Assembly: GCA_964035545.1 (NCBI GenBank)
Contig: OZ037766.1
Coordinates: forward strand, 30,168,274-30,232,273
Reading direction: 5' to 3'
Length of the DNA: 64,000 bases
Source: Bugula neritina
Lineage: Eukaryota; Animalia; Bryozoa
Numbering within the stretch: position 1 is the first letter of the stretch; each line of letters opens with the position of its first letter. Position numbers and translations under genes: made by a program. The notes under the pieces were generated by a model. The model searched no databases. It was not told the origin of the DNA and saw nothing but the letters and a program-made list of their open reading frames with translations. Positions 41,401-55,125 of this stretch are shown here, piece after piece.

Positions 41401-42914
41401 CCAATGCCTAATTGAGTCCGCGGCTCCTTTGGTCAAATGACCCAAAGATTCAATTTCAATTTTGAATACCATAGGCGTGCTCAAACTTATAGTTATAGGC
41501 TAGGGCATATGCATGGTTATTATTGGAAAATAGATTAATAATTAGTAATACTAATACTAATAGTAATACGAATGCACTAATGGTAATAGTTATAATGTCA
41601 CGATTAGACTTTACATTTGCTCTTACTCTTAGTCTTAGTTATAATCATATTTATAAACATGAATATCGCTCTCACTCTGACTCACACTCTAACTCTAAGT
41701 CTAAGTCTATCAGCATCACTATCAGTATCACTACCAATATGAATATAGCTATAACTATAAGTATTACTCAATCAGTTTCACTATGACTATGATAAAATCA
41801 TAAAATGATAAATAATCCACTAATACTTAGTGATAACAGTTACTGATTAGAGTGATCTTAAATTAGTAATCAGTATGAGTATAGCTGTGAGTATAACTCA
41901 CTGTAGTACTCTTAATCATAATCATAATGGTAGTGGTATGAGTATCACTATCAGTATGGGATCAACTAATACTAATAGTAATACTGTAAAGTGTAATACT
42001 AATACTAATACAGTATTACTAATAGTAATAGTATCAAATCGAAATTAATCAATAGTAAATATAGTTATACTTAAACTTAAAGACTTATACTTATAGTAGT
42101 AATAGTTATACTTATAGTATTAGAACCTAATACTATGTCTATAGTCTATGACGGCATGACATACCCATAAATGGTGATGTCTAAGTCCTACTTCAAAGTA
42201 GCAGTTAAACTTAAAGTTTGATATTCTACTCTGTATAACCGAGACTGACTATCATACACCTTACATGTCATGCTGAGTATCATTATGATTATCACTTGAG
42301 GTTTATGAGTATCACTTTCAGTAAGATAATCATACTATGACTATGAGTTATACTTATAGTCACACCCCGATACCCATACTTCTACTTCTAGTGATCTACT
42401 CTTACTCCTAGTTCTACGGGCAAGGCTACTCACTCATACTCATAGTCATAGTAACTGATAGTGGTGTAACCTAAACTAATACTATAACCAATGCCAAAAG
42501 ACAAGGTAAAGCTAAAATTAAAAATAGAAACCAAAGGGTCATAAATCATATATGTAATGGTGTTTTAGTTTATGATTGTTTATGTTCATTTTATGTTTAT
42601 TCTACCAAGTACCAACTCATCAGTCACTTAGTTTTATAGTGATAATTATACTTACACTTATAGCCTACACCCTATAGCTTATTTAATTTTGACTCTACCT
42701 TGCCCTTTGGCAGTGATTTAGTTTTAATTAAATTGTTATATTTAATGTTTTTCATGAACTTTATGAAATTTTATTGATAAGATATCATATAGTAATAGTG
42801 ATAATTGTATCATAATGATGATATTGATATATAAAACATTATGACCATCAATGTATCACTGTGAATGTAATAATTTTTATATAAGTAAATTAATTTACTA
42901 TTAAATAAAACTTG

Positions 42915-43040
42915 TGCAAGTTTATAGTTGGCATCCCTGTGAGAAACCCCTGATGGGAAAGGTTTTTTGTTAAATGGGGCTAAGCAATTATTTGGTTGGA
43001 GCATAGGAGTAATTATGACTGGATGCTTTTCCTAACAAAT
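42915..43040 (-). mobile_element. SINE body relic (same family as 58475-58695)
   Basis: Reverse complement shares aggaaaagcatcca...aaacctttcc...aggggtttctcacag.gat...actataaa with 58565-58685. Confidence 0.55.
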
Positions 43041-44099
43041 GACAGTAATGAAAAATTGAATATGATTGTTATCTAATCATTATGTAAGGTTAACCTTTAT
43101 GTTAGGAATCTCAATAGCACGAGCATACAATTCAATCATCGCCATGTTGGCTGTGATTTTCTTAATCATACTTATTAAGCTTGCAGTTTTTGATATTTGA
43201 TGGATATAGTATTCATAATAATAGTCACTTAAATTTGATGGTAATATTGATCAATAAATTTTAAGTACACTGACTAAATCTAATGATTAGTGGTAATGAA
43301 ACTAACGACACTCAAACTGATTTGCCTCAAGACTGAATTATGTTTTCTAAGTGATGACAGACTAAGATTAAGTTTAATAATAGGGCAGTAGTACATGTAA
43401 CTAAAAGTATAAGCTAAAGTATACAACCATAAGTGAGTAACCATGATGTTATCTCGACCAACGCAATCTCAATACTAATACCTGATTTATTGAAAATGTT
43501 ACTATATATTTGAGTATGAGTATGTAACTGTATTGATATGATAAAACTTATACAGTTATGCACATAGTGCTAGTGAAAGTATCTCAAACCGTTGCAAAAT
43601 CCAACTTTATTCAAAACTTTGCTACAAATACTTGAGTTTTTATTTTAAGGTTGATCATAAAAAGTTAAAATTATTGTGAATAAATTAATTTTAACTGTTC
43701 ATTTTACTTCAACATTATCTTTTAATTTAATAAAGTTTTAATGAATATTAATTTATTTATTTTTCAACAAGTCACTGTTTTAATTAATATAGATATAAGT
43801 TTAGGTATCTAATAACTTTAACCATCATTATATTCATCATTTTTAATTTGTATGCCAATTGCTAAATTATAATACCTATACTGATATCACCACTGTTGAA
43901 TTATTTTTCTTATTCACCTATGTTTGTAATACGGTTATTGCTTGTTAGTTAGTAGCATATATAACAACTATAGTAATAGCTATAACTACAAGCATATTTA
44001 ATATGCTAAGGTATATTGAGAGATTGTCATAAATATCTCAGTGATCATATACATGACACCCTTAGCATTCATGTCTTGAACATCTAGCCATAGCTCCCT

Positions 44100-44640
44100 T
44101 TATATTGTTTCCAGTGTTGAATGCCCATCCTGCAAGAATGCTTTGCCTCCATTTGAGAGGTGGTAAATTGATTGGATTTTATGTAAAATTTCTTAAGCTC
44201 TTGTTTCAGGACATCCTCAAACCTTAGATATAAGTTCTTCTAGCTGGATGAGTTCCTTTTGATATTAATGCATGCAATCGAGTGCGGCGGATGAGATACT
44301 TTGGCATGTTGACCAGCTCAGTGAAGACAGAAGAAATTCAGTTTTGAAGAAAGAGAATCCGGGTCTGTGATTTCAAATACATCTTCATTTATCATTTTAT
44401 CTTCCCAGATTTTACTCAACATGTATCTTAAACTCCAGGTAAGAAAAGTGCTGAGCTTTGATTCTTGCAGTCCACATGTTGCCCATGTTTTTGATCCACA
44501 AGGAAGAATGCTGAGAACACAAACTTCGTAGACTTTTCTTTTGGCGTGAATATTAGGGTGGTTGTTTGTCCATATTTGCTACTTCACAAAGTGGAATTAT
44601 TTTGGTATTTGTCATATCCTGCAGAGCCCATTTAAATGTT
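44100..44640 (-). mobile_element. RTE-clade LINE 3' fragment (degraded)
   Basis: Minus strand KRKVYEVCVLSILPCGSKTW...KLSTF...LRYMLSKIWEDKMINEDV...H*AG...LRFEDVLKQELK, typical of the post-RT region of RTE elements. Confidence 0.75.
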
Positions 44641-46435
44641 TGAGCAGAAAAAGTAAAAATAAATATTTAGCAGTGTGTTTACTGTTTTGATGATGGTTTT
44701 AGGGAAACATGTAGATTTACCATTCATGTACTTGTGACAGGCCTGTGTTTCAGCGATTATAGGAGAGTAGAATTTTTCTTTAATAGAAATTGAGTCATGC
44801 AAGGGAAGCTGGTTTCCTTACTTTATTAAGCAAAATATGCTATCACAACAACAGAAGTGTTGCTAGCCTTGATTTGGAAACATTTTATATTTATAACTCT
44901 GATACTTATTTTGAGACATTTGGCTGCATGTTGGATAGATTGCATAGCATCTTTACTTGCGCTAATACTTAGAAGCATTTACTTGGTTTTCCTATAGTTT
45001 TATTTTGAATGTTTTTATGACATATTGCAGAACTGTGGGTTCATTCTACTTGTAAGTATATTCCATAGGTCTAACTCAAACCCTGTGAATTTTCAAGTTA
45101 CTATGGCAAGCTATGATGAAAGAAATGCTAAACTGGACAGGTAATAGAAAAGAAAGTCCGATAATTTTTTTAATTGTAATTTAAATTACTTAGCTTGCAT
45201 TATTCAGCAGTATGGTAGCAGTGGTAGAACCAGCAGCAGTAGCAGCAGGAGTAGATCATAGTATAGTAGTATTGATAAAATGATTGATAGATTAGAACTG
45301 TAATTTTGAATATTAAAAATATGACAATGCCGCTGTGCGCCATAAATTTCTTGATGGCCATTAAAATCAGCCATTAAATCAGTTTTCTTTTGGCTAGAAC
45401 AAGCACTGCTGCCTGGACGTAGTAATATATTATATGTATGAACTGTATGTTAATTATATGTAGAGGAATTATTTTTGCTAGCTTTAATAAAAAACCCTGC
45501 TCGTTTCTCATATTATTGTATTGTCAGTTTCAGCAATTTCAGGCCAGATACATTTAAATTATACCTTGCAAATTTTAGGCCTGTTCCAGTCTACCTGTCA
45601 AAACATTTGTTTGATCTAAACTAATTATGATGGCCTTCCAAGCAATGTAGTTAGCAAAAGTGAGAGAACTAATATTGCTTTTTCAGCCTATATTATGTTT
45701 GAAACCAGTAAAATAATAGAAATCATGAAACTAGTAATAGGCAATCCTATAATGCTGTTTAATAAACTTATTTGCGCTGTTACTTTAGTGATTTCGACGC
45801 TGTTTTATAAATTATTAGCAATCTTTCAAAGATGAATAAATATACATTTTCTTTTAGTATGTCACCAATTGGAATATTTTGACCTGTATACCTATCTAGT
45901 GGAGGTGTTAATTTGTAAGCATATTGGTTTTACCAAGATTATTGATTAAAGCAGTTGCTGAAAGCCAAAATAAAATGCTAACCAAAGTTCATATCTAGTG
46001 GGCTACAATTTGCCAACTTCTACAAAGCATATAATAGCTAGTAATTGTTTCTATGCTGTACCACTTGACGGTCTGTTCTCTTTTACCTTACTCTATATTA
46101 TGCTGTATAAATTCTAGCACACCTATCTGGTTTTTAATCATTTCTTGCACCATATGCCAATAATTTTTACGTAGATGCATACAATCGGACAGCTGGATGG
46201 CCTGGCCATTGTGGAGAAGCATCATAACCACCTGCTTGGTGTTGGAGCCGAGTGCATATCAAGGTGGGTAGCACAACTTCTCAGTTCATAAGTAGCAGCC
46301 TAGTTTTTTAAAAGGTTTGACTATATTAAAATATAAACATTTTGTTATTGCACTAATACAATGATAAAATGAGCAAACAGTTTCCAATATAACTTGCTGC
46401 TGGTGAGATTTACAGTATTTGTAGTAGAAACAATA

Positions 46436-47008
46436 TTAGTAGTGGTGGTGGTGGTGGCGGTGGCGGCAGTGGCAGCGGCGGTAGTGGTAAAAGTAATAGT
46501 AGCAGCAGTAGTAGCAGCAGTAGCAGCAGTAGTAGCAGCAGTAGCAGCAGTAGTAGCAGCAGTAGTAGTAGTAGTAGAAGTAGAAGTAGTAGCAGCAGTA
46601 GTAGCAGTAGCAGTAGTAGAAGTAGTAGCAGCAGCAGTAGCAGCAGCAGCAGTAGTAGTAGCAGTAGTAGAAGTAGTAGCAGCAGCAGTAGCAGCAGTAG
46701 TAGTAGTAGTAGCAGTAGTAGAAGTAGTAGCAGCAGTAGTAGTAGCAGTAGTAGAAGTAGAAGTAGTAGCAGCAGTAGTAGTAGTAGCAGTAGCAGTAGT
46801 AGAAGTAGTAGCAGCAGCAGTAGCAGCAGCAGCAGTAGCAGTAGTAGTAGCAGTAGTAGCAGTAGTAGAAGTAGTAGCAGCAGCAGTAGCAGTAGTAGTA
46901 GCAGTAGTAGAAGTAGTAGCAGCAGCAGTAGCAGCAGTAGTAGTAGTAGTAGCAGTAGTAGTAGTAGTAGTAGCAGTAGCAGTAGTAGCAGTAGTAGTAG
47001 TAGAAGTA
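46436..47008. repeat. Mixed (AGT/AGC)n trinucleotide array
   Basis: Seen directly; explains the poly-L, poly-V/A and poly-Y/C ORFs. Confidence 0.95.
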
Positions 47009-48090
47009 ATAATAATAAAATAATAACATTATTAGTAGTAGTGGTGAAGTTGCTTTTGGTTCTGACGTTAGTACTGTTAGTGGTAGAGATGGTGTTGGTA
47101 GAAATAGGATTAGTGGTTGTGCACTCATAGTTGAAGGCATAAAGCATAAACCAGAATTGAATACATATATAACATAGATATGATATGACTTCTTATTTAT
47201 ATTGATTTACTATCTTGCATGAACATGGCATTTTCGCTATCAACATTAGTGTTTGTATTATATACTTTCACTAAATAAGCTTGTTAAATTTATAAAAAAT
47301 TATGTAGGTGATGACTTTTGCATATCTGTGTTTAATTTTAAAAATATCATGTTGCATAATTATTTTTTAGGTGTCTGGTGAGCGGACGACTTCATTTTCG
47401 GCTGCTTCATGGCACCTTTATTTTCGGAAAAGATGTAACCACTTGTAAAATCAGTTTTTTTATGGTGAACTAAACAATATAATGTTTAACAAAATTCTTT
47501 TTTGGTTAAAAATAAAGGTATACTGTCTTTGGCTTTCTGTTATTTCTATATTGTGTTCTTCTGTTGCTATGTGTAATTGATGAGATGACTCCAAACTCTT
47601 GCACATCCGCCACAATAAAGTTGATAATTTTGCTATGTGCATCAAGATTTTGTTATAAGTAGATATAGTTTTGCAATGATAGTGTTGATGCTGCAGCAGG
47701 TAACATTCTAATAGGATAAACCAAACAGAATTTAAGCTAAAACATTCTAAAAAAATACAGCATTGCTTGAGCCACCTTGCCTTCTCTTTTTTCTAGACAA
47801 AAGTTGTTAGCTAAATAAGGAAAAGACAAATTAATGATTTCTGTGAGAGTTGTCTACTACAAAAATTACGTAGCAGATCATCATTAGTAACCATAACAAC
47901 ACGTACATGTTTACAGCACTCATGTGCTCTCTTTGTTCTGATTCGTCAACAGTCGCGCCCTAGACAGTCGATGCTATCTTACGAAAATATATTGTTTATT
48001 GCGGCTAATATCGCGAAATGGCAAAATGAGGATCGACCCTGACAGTCGTAAAAGCCATGCGATGCACTGAAACAACAGCTATGCGTTCCT

Positions 48091-51020
48091 CCCCACTAAC
48101 AATTTACATTGATATGACGTTGTATAAACGTTGGAAAAAACGTTTATTAAATGTTTAAATGTCGACACAATTTTGTACTATATACAACGTTTGAAACAAA
48201 CGTTTATCGCAAAACGTTTTACCAACCTTTCATAAACGTTGCGTTGCATAACGTTGTGTAAATGTTTTTCATACAACGTTGGTGAAAGGTTGCAATCTAA
48301 CATTGCTTAAATGTTTAAATTTAAATGTATCTCTTTGTCTCGCACAACGTTTAGGCAACAACGTTTTCTGCAAACCATTTTACCAACGTTTCATAAACAA
48401 GTAATACAAACGTTGCCATAACATTTCTTCGGCAACGTTTTTATAATGTTGCAAAACAAGCGTTATCTAGATGTTGAAATGTAGACGTTATTTAGCTTTT
48501 TTATCTAAAACGTTCTATAAACAACTTTTCATAAATGTTATTATAATGTTGTATAAACTCTATGCAGCATTGCAAATTTAGGTTATCATAATTATTTGGC
48601 AAGGTTTACATATAACCATTGCTATATTAAAGTATATATAGCAGTATAATATATACAAGTGGAAGTTTTATATTGTGTATTGATAACTTTATTGTTTAAA
48701 AGTGAAGAGCAATAATTACAAAAAATAATTGTTACTAAAAAAACATGTGCAACCTAATATAAAGACTTATTTGTCAATTTAAATGAGCTAAAAAAAATTA
48801 CATATAAAAAAATGTGGCTAATAAGTAGATAAATAAATTTATATTGAAGCTAATGCAAACATTATAGATAGCAACAGCTCATAAGAAATACACAAACAAT
48901 TTAAGCAGCCAAAAAAGTAAAGCTAATTTACAAATGTTGATTCAAAACATAGCTATTTAGTAAAGTCAACAAAGAAAACATTTCCGTATATAAGCAAGTA
49001 AACGAAATAATACCAATTATCATTTTAGAACGTTAATCCCTTTATATCCAAAGCTGAACATTAGCAATGAGCTTTATTTACGCTTTGGAGATTTAAAGTT
49101 ATTTTAGCTTTCTTATTATTAAGCTTCATCTAAAATTGAGGTCCAACTGAATGTTACAGATTAGGCTTCTGAAGACTGTGAATTCAGTCTGCTCATTCTT
49201 TTCCTCAAAATATATATTTAAAGCTTCAAAGTCTTGCTGCTCTTTACAGTAAGATGGTGACCACCTACAAAGCAACAAGAATACTGACTAGAAACAAAAA
49301 ACATTCAATGTAAATGTATATATAAACTGTGGTAAAATGAAGTCGTGCTTAAGAATGTGTTGTGAAAATGGATGGACAAATTCAAATTTTTGTATATTTT
49401 TCTATAAAGATGACAAAAAATTTGATATATTCCTAAATGGGTAAGCAACTTCGACCTTATGTGCATTTCACTATAAAATGACAAACAAGGGTGATCAGAA
49501 ATAGGTGACAACTTCAAGTTTATGTAAGTTTTGCTATAAAGATCGCAAACAAGACAGTTCTTAAAATGGGCGGGCAACCTCAATTTTACCTAGATTTTAT
49601 TATGAAAATGACTAACGAGAAATTGTTGGAAACTGGGTGGACAACTTCAATTTTATGTACATTTCACCATAAAATAATATGACAAACAAGAAGGTTGGTA
49701 ATTGATTGGCCAACTTCAATTGTATTTACATTTCACTATAAACAACTAGCAAAAAAGTTAAATGGGGGGCAACTTCAATTTCATGTACATTTTACTATTC
49801 ATATGGCAAATAAGGGTGTTCAGAAATTGGTGGACAACCGCAATTTTATGTATATTTCACTATAAAGATGGCAAGCAAGAGTGTTTAAATATTAGTGGGT
49901 AGCTTCAATTTAATGTACAATTCACTATAAACATGACTAGCAACAATGTTTTTAATATGGGTGAGCAACTTTAACTTTATGTATATTTCACTATCATGAT
50001 GGCAAACAAGACTGTTCAGATATTGGTCAGTATTTTTAATTATTTTACATTTCACTATAAATATAAAAAAGATTGTTCAGAGATTGTGGGTACCTTCAAT
50101 TTAATATAAATTTTGTGTACATTTAACTATAAAAATGACTAACAATAGTGTTTGGAATTGGGTGTGCTAGTTTTACTAAAAAGATGACTAACAAAACAGT
50201 TGGAACATAGGTAGGCAACTTCACCTACATTTTGCTATAATGATTATTAACAATAATGTCTGATCATAGGTGGGCGACCTCACCTTCATACATACTGTTC
50301 TATAAAGATGACTAATAATTGGAAACTTGTGAAAATAGGTGGGCAACTTCTAATTCATGCACATTTTACTATAAAAATGACCAACAAGAAAATTGGGAAA
50401 TGGGTAAGCAACTTCCAGTTCAATTCCAATAACCTACTTTAAACTGCTAAATATTACACTTTTCAAACAATTATTGATATAATGACCTAACTTTGGATAT
50501 AATATTATCAGTGCATAACTTATTTATTTTTATTTATAAACTGAAACTTTAGACTTTTTGAAAAGTTTGGTCAATATTATAAGGCAAGAGGTGATGTATT
50601 AAATACTCCTTTCAAACATTACAAGCTTCAAATAATCAGAGTTGTGCTCACCAAACTATCAATAAGTTCACATAGTGGCACAGCTGTGCATTCCTTCATA
50701 TACAGTGTGTAAATTACAGATAACTTCATTGGTATGACCATAAATTCACCTGAATAGCCAAGTACAGGGAAATAGCTAAACTCCTAACATTCAATGTAAG
50801 CAAGGTATAGATAGGTTCTTCTTGATGCACAGCCTGGGTAATTTTCTTATCAAGTAATCACAGGTGTGAGAATGGCTCAAGGGAAATTATTATTTTTAGC
50901 CCACAAATAATAAAATATGCACAGATTAAACTAATAATTAAAATAGGTTTTAACAAACTATTTTCTGGCAAAAAAGAAATATTTTGGAAAAAACTATAAT
51001 GGTATAGGTTGAAGGGGTTA
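48091..51020. mobile_element. Putative DNA-transposon relic, copy 2 (contains ~65-bp array at 49365-50420)
   Basis: Begins ccccactaacaatttacatt like 8011 and is colinear with 8011-11300; a further degenerate piece lies at ~52735-53390. Confidence 0.6.
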
Positions 51021-51158
51021 GGTGCAAAATGCATAACTATGTTCATGAAAACATTAATTATGCATGTGTACAGTATTCGAGCTATAAAATTTCTATATTA
51101 TATAAACTACTTGCTTGGAGCAAAATCAGCAACTTGGAATAATTTGAGGAATAAAATT

Positions 51159-52098
51159 TGTGATGGCTGCTGTCATTTTTGGTCTCTTGGGGGTCATCCA
51201 AGATTTCTACTTTTTGATGTGGATGAATAGAGTAGGACTTTGTGATCACATTGCACTTTAAACTTTTGAAATCAGTCAAATAGAACCAGAGATATGCCCG
51301 GTTATGCACACAGCGGTCCACAACAAACGACTTCTATTATTGCGAGTAATTAACAGTCAAAGTTCGGCGACTTAAAATTATACTAAATTCGTTGTTTATC
51401 TACCTAGCAACAGTGTCTTCAATTAGCTCCATCAGCCCAAAAATTAGTTACCAGGGGTAGTTTTTTATGCTGATCATGAAAATATTCATTTAAAATTCAT
51501 ATCTGCAATATCTTAATCAATATTTAAGAGTTGAGTTCAGTATAATGAGAACATTTTGATGATTATCCTAAGAGATTAGTACTATAATGCCACGTGGTTT
51601 CATAATTAAAATCCAACTCTTTTGGATCACTGTTGTCACTAAGTTCATCATTAGTATTATGACCACTACTCTTCAGTCCTTGTCCTTAATTTTCAATGTA
51701 GAAACATTCTTTTAAATTGTCAACATCTGTTATCTATTAACTTGCAGTGCGATCCAGTCGCCATGTTTATTATTAGTAACAATTCTCAGTCAAATTATAC
51801 TTAACTACGTTACGCTCTACACTACGCCGCTATTTTAACTATTGTTAAAGGTCGCGCTATTATGCTCTAATCACGTGACCAGCTTGCCAACCATGGAATG
51901 GCTCATTAAAACACCAATCATTCATAAACCATAGCAAATATCACAAAACTGATTGGACAGCTGGAAAGAGCACATGTTAATTGACTATTATACACTAAAA
52001 GCTGAAATTGACCTATTTATGACAACTATAGATAAAACCCCTTACAACTAACAATAGCGAATAATGCCAAGAGACCAAAACTGACGGGAGCCATCACA
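51159..52098. mobile_element. Non-autonomous TIR element (~940 bp)
   Basis: ~32-bp TIR tgtgatggctgctgtcatttttggtctcttgg / ccaagagaccaaaactgacgggagccatcaca; no long ORF. Confidence 0.65.
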
Positions 52099-53465
52099 TT
52101 TATGGAGATGATTAAACAATTTCAATTTGATGTAGGTTATACTGTCATTTTAATTAACCTTCTTTAAATTTTATCAGTGACTTTGGCTTTAAGCCGCAAA
52201 TTTAATATTTCAGTAATTAAAAAATAAATAGCAATTATACACACAGAGTTAAATAAATTGCGCCGAATTCAAATTCAAGTTTTTTTCTCTCAAATTATAT
52301 AGTAAGTATTAATTTGTTCACAACTATGCTGATTGCATGTGTTAATCACTGTGTCGTGACATTCATGCATGAACGGATATAATCTACACGCACATACTGC
52401 TTGTTTTATAATAAACACAATATGAAGTATAATCTGAATTATTCTAGAAAGAATTAGCAGTAATTTGGAGTTATTTATCCAATAAAGCTTTATAAAGTGG
52501 GTACGAAACTTTTAATTTATGTATGATCTACTAACCACTATGCCATAACTTGATGATTTTTGTTCAATTGAACAGAATTGCATTGTCAAAAAAAGGTGCA
52601 ACCTGCATATTTAGATAAAAGCATGAAAGATTGCCTTTAATTAGTATGTATGTTCAAACAAGGAATTAGTATACATAACATTTGATTAAATCAAAGACTA
52701 TAACAAAGTTGTTATTTAAGGCGATTTTAAAGAGTAAGTAGGCAACCAAAATTTATTGTAAATTTTACTGTAATGATGACCAGCACAAATGTTGTGAAGA
52801 AAGTAGGAAACTTCAATTCAAAATAGGTAATCATGCACTCTGTCTAATGAAACTGGCACAGACTAAAAGGGCATAGGTAATAACTAATAATGGCACAAGT
52901 AATTTAATGGAAAAATGAAATATTACAGTAATTGAGTGCCTTGATGATCAATTTAAACATGTAAAATTTTCAATCAACTCGAAAATTATTTTACAATAAC
53001 CTATGAGAAAAAAAGCAAAGTACTATTTTTCAATAGTTGCCTTTAAAACTTAAAAGATTGTATTCATAATGATTATTTATAGATTGCAAGCAATCTAAGC
53101 ATTGTGCCTAGCTTCACCAACATTACAAGAACAATATCGTTGGGAGTTGTGCTCACCATTTAATCAAACATGGTGGAACTTGTGCATTTCACAAATTTAC
53201 AGTATGTGCATAATTGGTACTATTACAAATTACCTTCTTAGCCAAATTATACTTGGAAATTGCTGAAATCCTATTTATCCGCCTATGCAGTTCTAGTTGA
53301 TGCCAAGCCTAGATATTTCTTATTAGCTTCAAGTAGTCACAGGTGTGATAATAGCCTGAAGAAAATTTATACTTGTTTGCCTGCAAATAATATACACATT
53401 TAAAGGATTGCTCGATCTTAGTTTATTACAATCAAATTATAATTATGAGCTATAATTTAATGTGT

Positions 53466-55125
53466 ATGCAAACAATTGTGACTTTGCAAAGGGATATAAC
53501 ACTTGTTGTGAGCGTAGGAGTTGTGTTTGTATCTTCACAAAATTAACTGAGCTTTTCATCTGGACTATCTCTATGTAAGTTTTAAAAATACTATTTTCCA
53601 GACAAAGGCAATCACAAAAACTAAGTCCCTATTTTTTTGCTAATCTTTATAAAGTCTGTAATACGATTGTTGCAATTAATACCATCATATATAGCAGCTA
53701 CATTTGGTGAAGACTGTTTAATTTTTTATCTGCAAAACAAGTTCGAAAACCAAATAATTGTATAAGGCTAATAATTTTACTCAAGCTGATTTTTGTCATC
53801 TTAGTTACTGGATTGTAATTGAAAATAGCACAGACAACATTGACACAGGTACAAATAGCACACTGATGTTATACCTTCCCAAACCCAAAGTTCAAACTCT
53901 TATCCCGAACTCAAACCCTCATTACCAACCCAAAATTCTTCATTTAGAAAATATGTCTTTATTATCTGTTTTTCCATTTATACCTGCGTTATTTTACAGA
54001 ACACCATGTTACTAGCATCAGTGTAGTTTCTATGATTTGATATTCATTTGGCTTTTTGTAAAAACTAGTCAAAATGACAATTATTTTTAAAATATTAACA
54101 ACCTGCATTGTGATAGTGATGATCACACTTCATTTTTTCTCTAAATATTTAAATAAAAACTTTTCAAGGTTCATAAACTATTTACTACTTTTCATTGTTA
54201 TATTGCCCGAATTCAATTGTTTTTTTAGCTTGCCAAGACTGCTTACGTACTCGTACTCAAGCATGTCTTCGTCGTTTAGAAACTAGGAAGGGAGGCAAAA
54301 CTGGTAGAGCAGTTAGAGGAAGAGACAAAAAGAGAGAGAAAACAAAAAGCAGAACAAAAAAGGTGGAAAGAAAAAAGGCAAAAAAAAGAGAAAAACAAAA
54401 GGGCAAAAAAGTTGGAAGAAAAGGAAGCAGAAGTAGTGGGAAAAAAGGGAGCAGATTGCAGATAAGAGAAAAAGTAGGAAAAGTAGCAAAAAGCAACAAA
54501 GAACTAGAAAAACTAAAAGAAGTCTTGGAAACAGAGCTCAACTCTGCAATGCAGAGGCTCAACAACTCTGTGCTATTTTTTGTCAGCCACTAACCACGGC
54601 AGCAACGCCATTTTAAATCATCCCAGCACCAATCCCGCTCCAGCACCATTTACATCACTATCATTTTTAATACCTTTGATTACAATAGCACCCAGTACAT
54701 CAGCACCAATTGCACGAGCTCCCCTCATACGAGCTACTACTACACCAACACCAACAACCACTGCTGCACCAATCATTATTGGACAAGGTTTTGCTGGAGC
54801 AATTTTTGCTGGACCCGCACCAACTCCCGCGCCAACCCCAGCACCAACTCCCGCGCCAACCCCTGCACCAACCCCCGCACCAACCCCCGCACCAACCCCG
54901 CACCAACCCCCGCACCAACCCCTGCACCAACCCCCGCACCAACCCCCGCACCAACCCCCCACCAACCCCTGCACCAACCCCCGCACCAACCCCCGCACCA
55001 ACCCCCGCACCAACTCCCGCACCAACCCCCGCACCAACCTCCGCACCAACCCCCGCACCAACCCCCGCACCAACCCCCGCACCAACCCCCGCATACCAAT
55101 TCCTGCGCCGGGAAAAAGAAGATAA
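53466..55125 (+). pseudogene. Secreted-family copy 5 (both exons present, disabled); exon 1 ~53466-53574, exon 2 54229-55125
   Basis: Exon 1 remnant ...ITLVVSVGVVFVSSQN*LSFSSGLSL|gtaagt has TAA at 53544-53546. Exon 2 CQDCLRTRTQAC has a longer basic insert with a frameshift, then GNRAQLCNAEAQQLCAIFCQP, a stop, (PAPT)n from a 12-bp repeat, and ends APGKRR*. AATAAA at 55289-55294. Confidence 0.8.

Noticed and set aside
46394-47147. Poly-Leu, poly-Val/Ala and poly-Tyr/Cys ORFs
   Set aside because: Trinucleotide repeat read-through.
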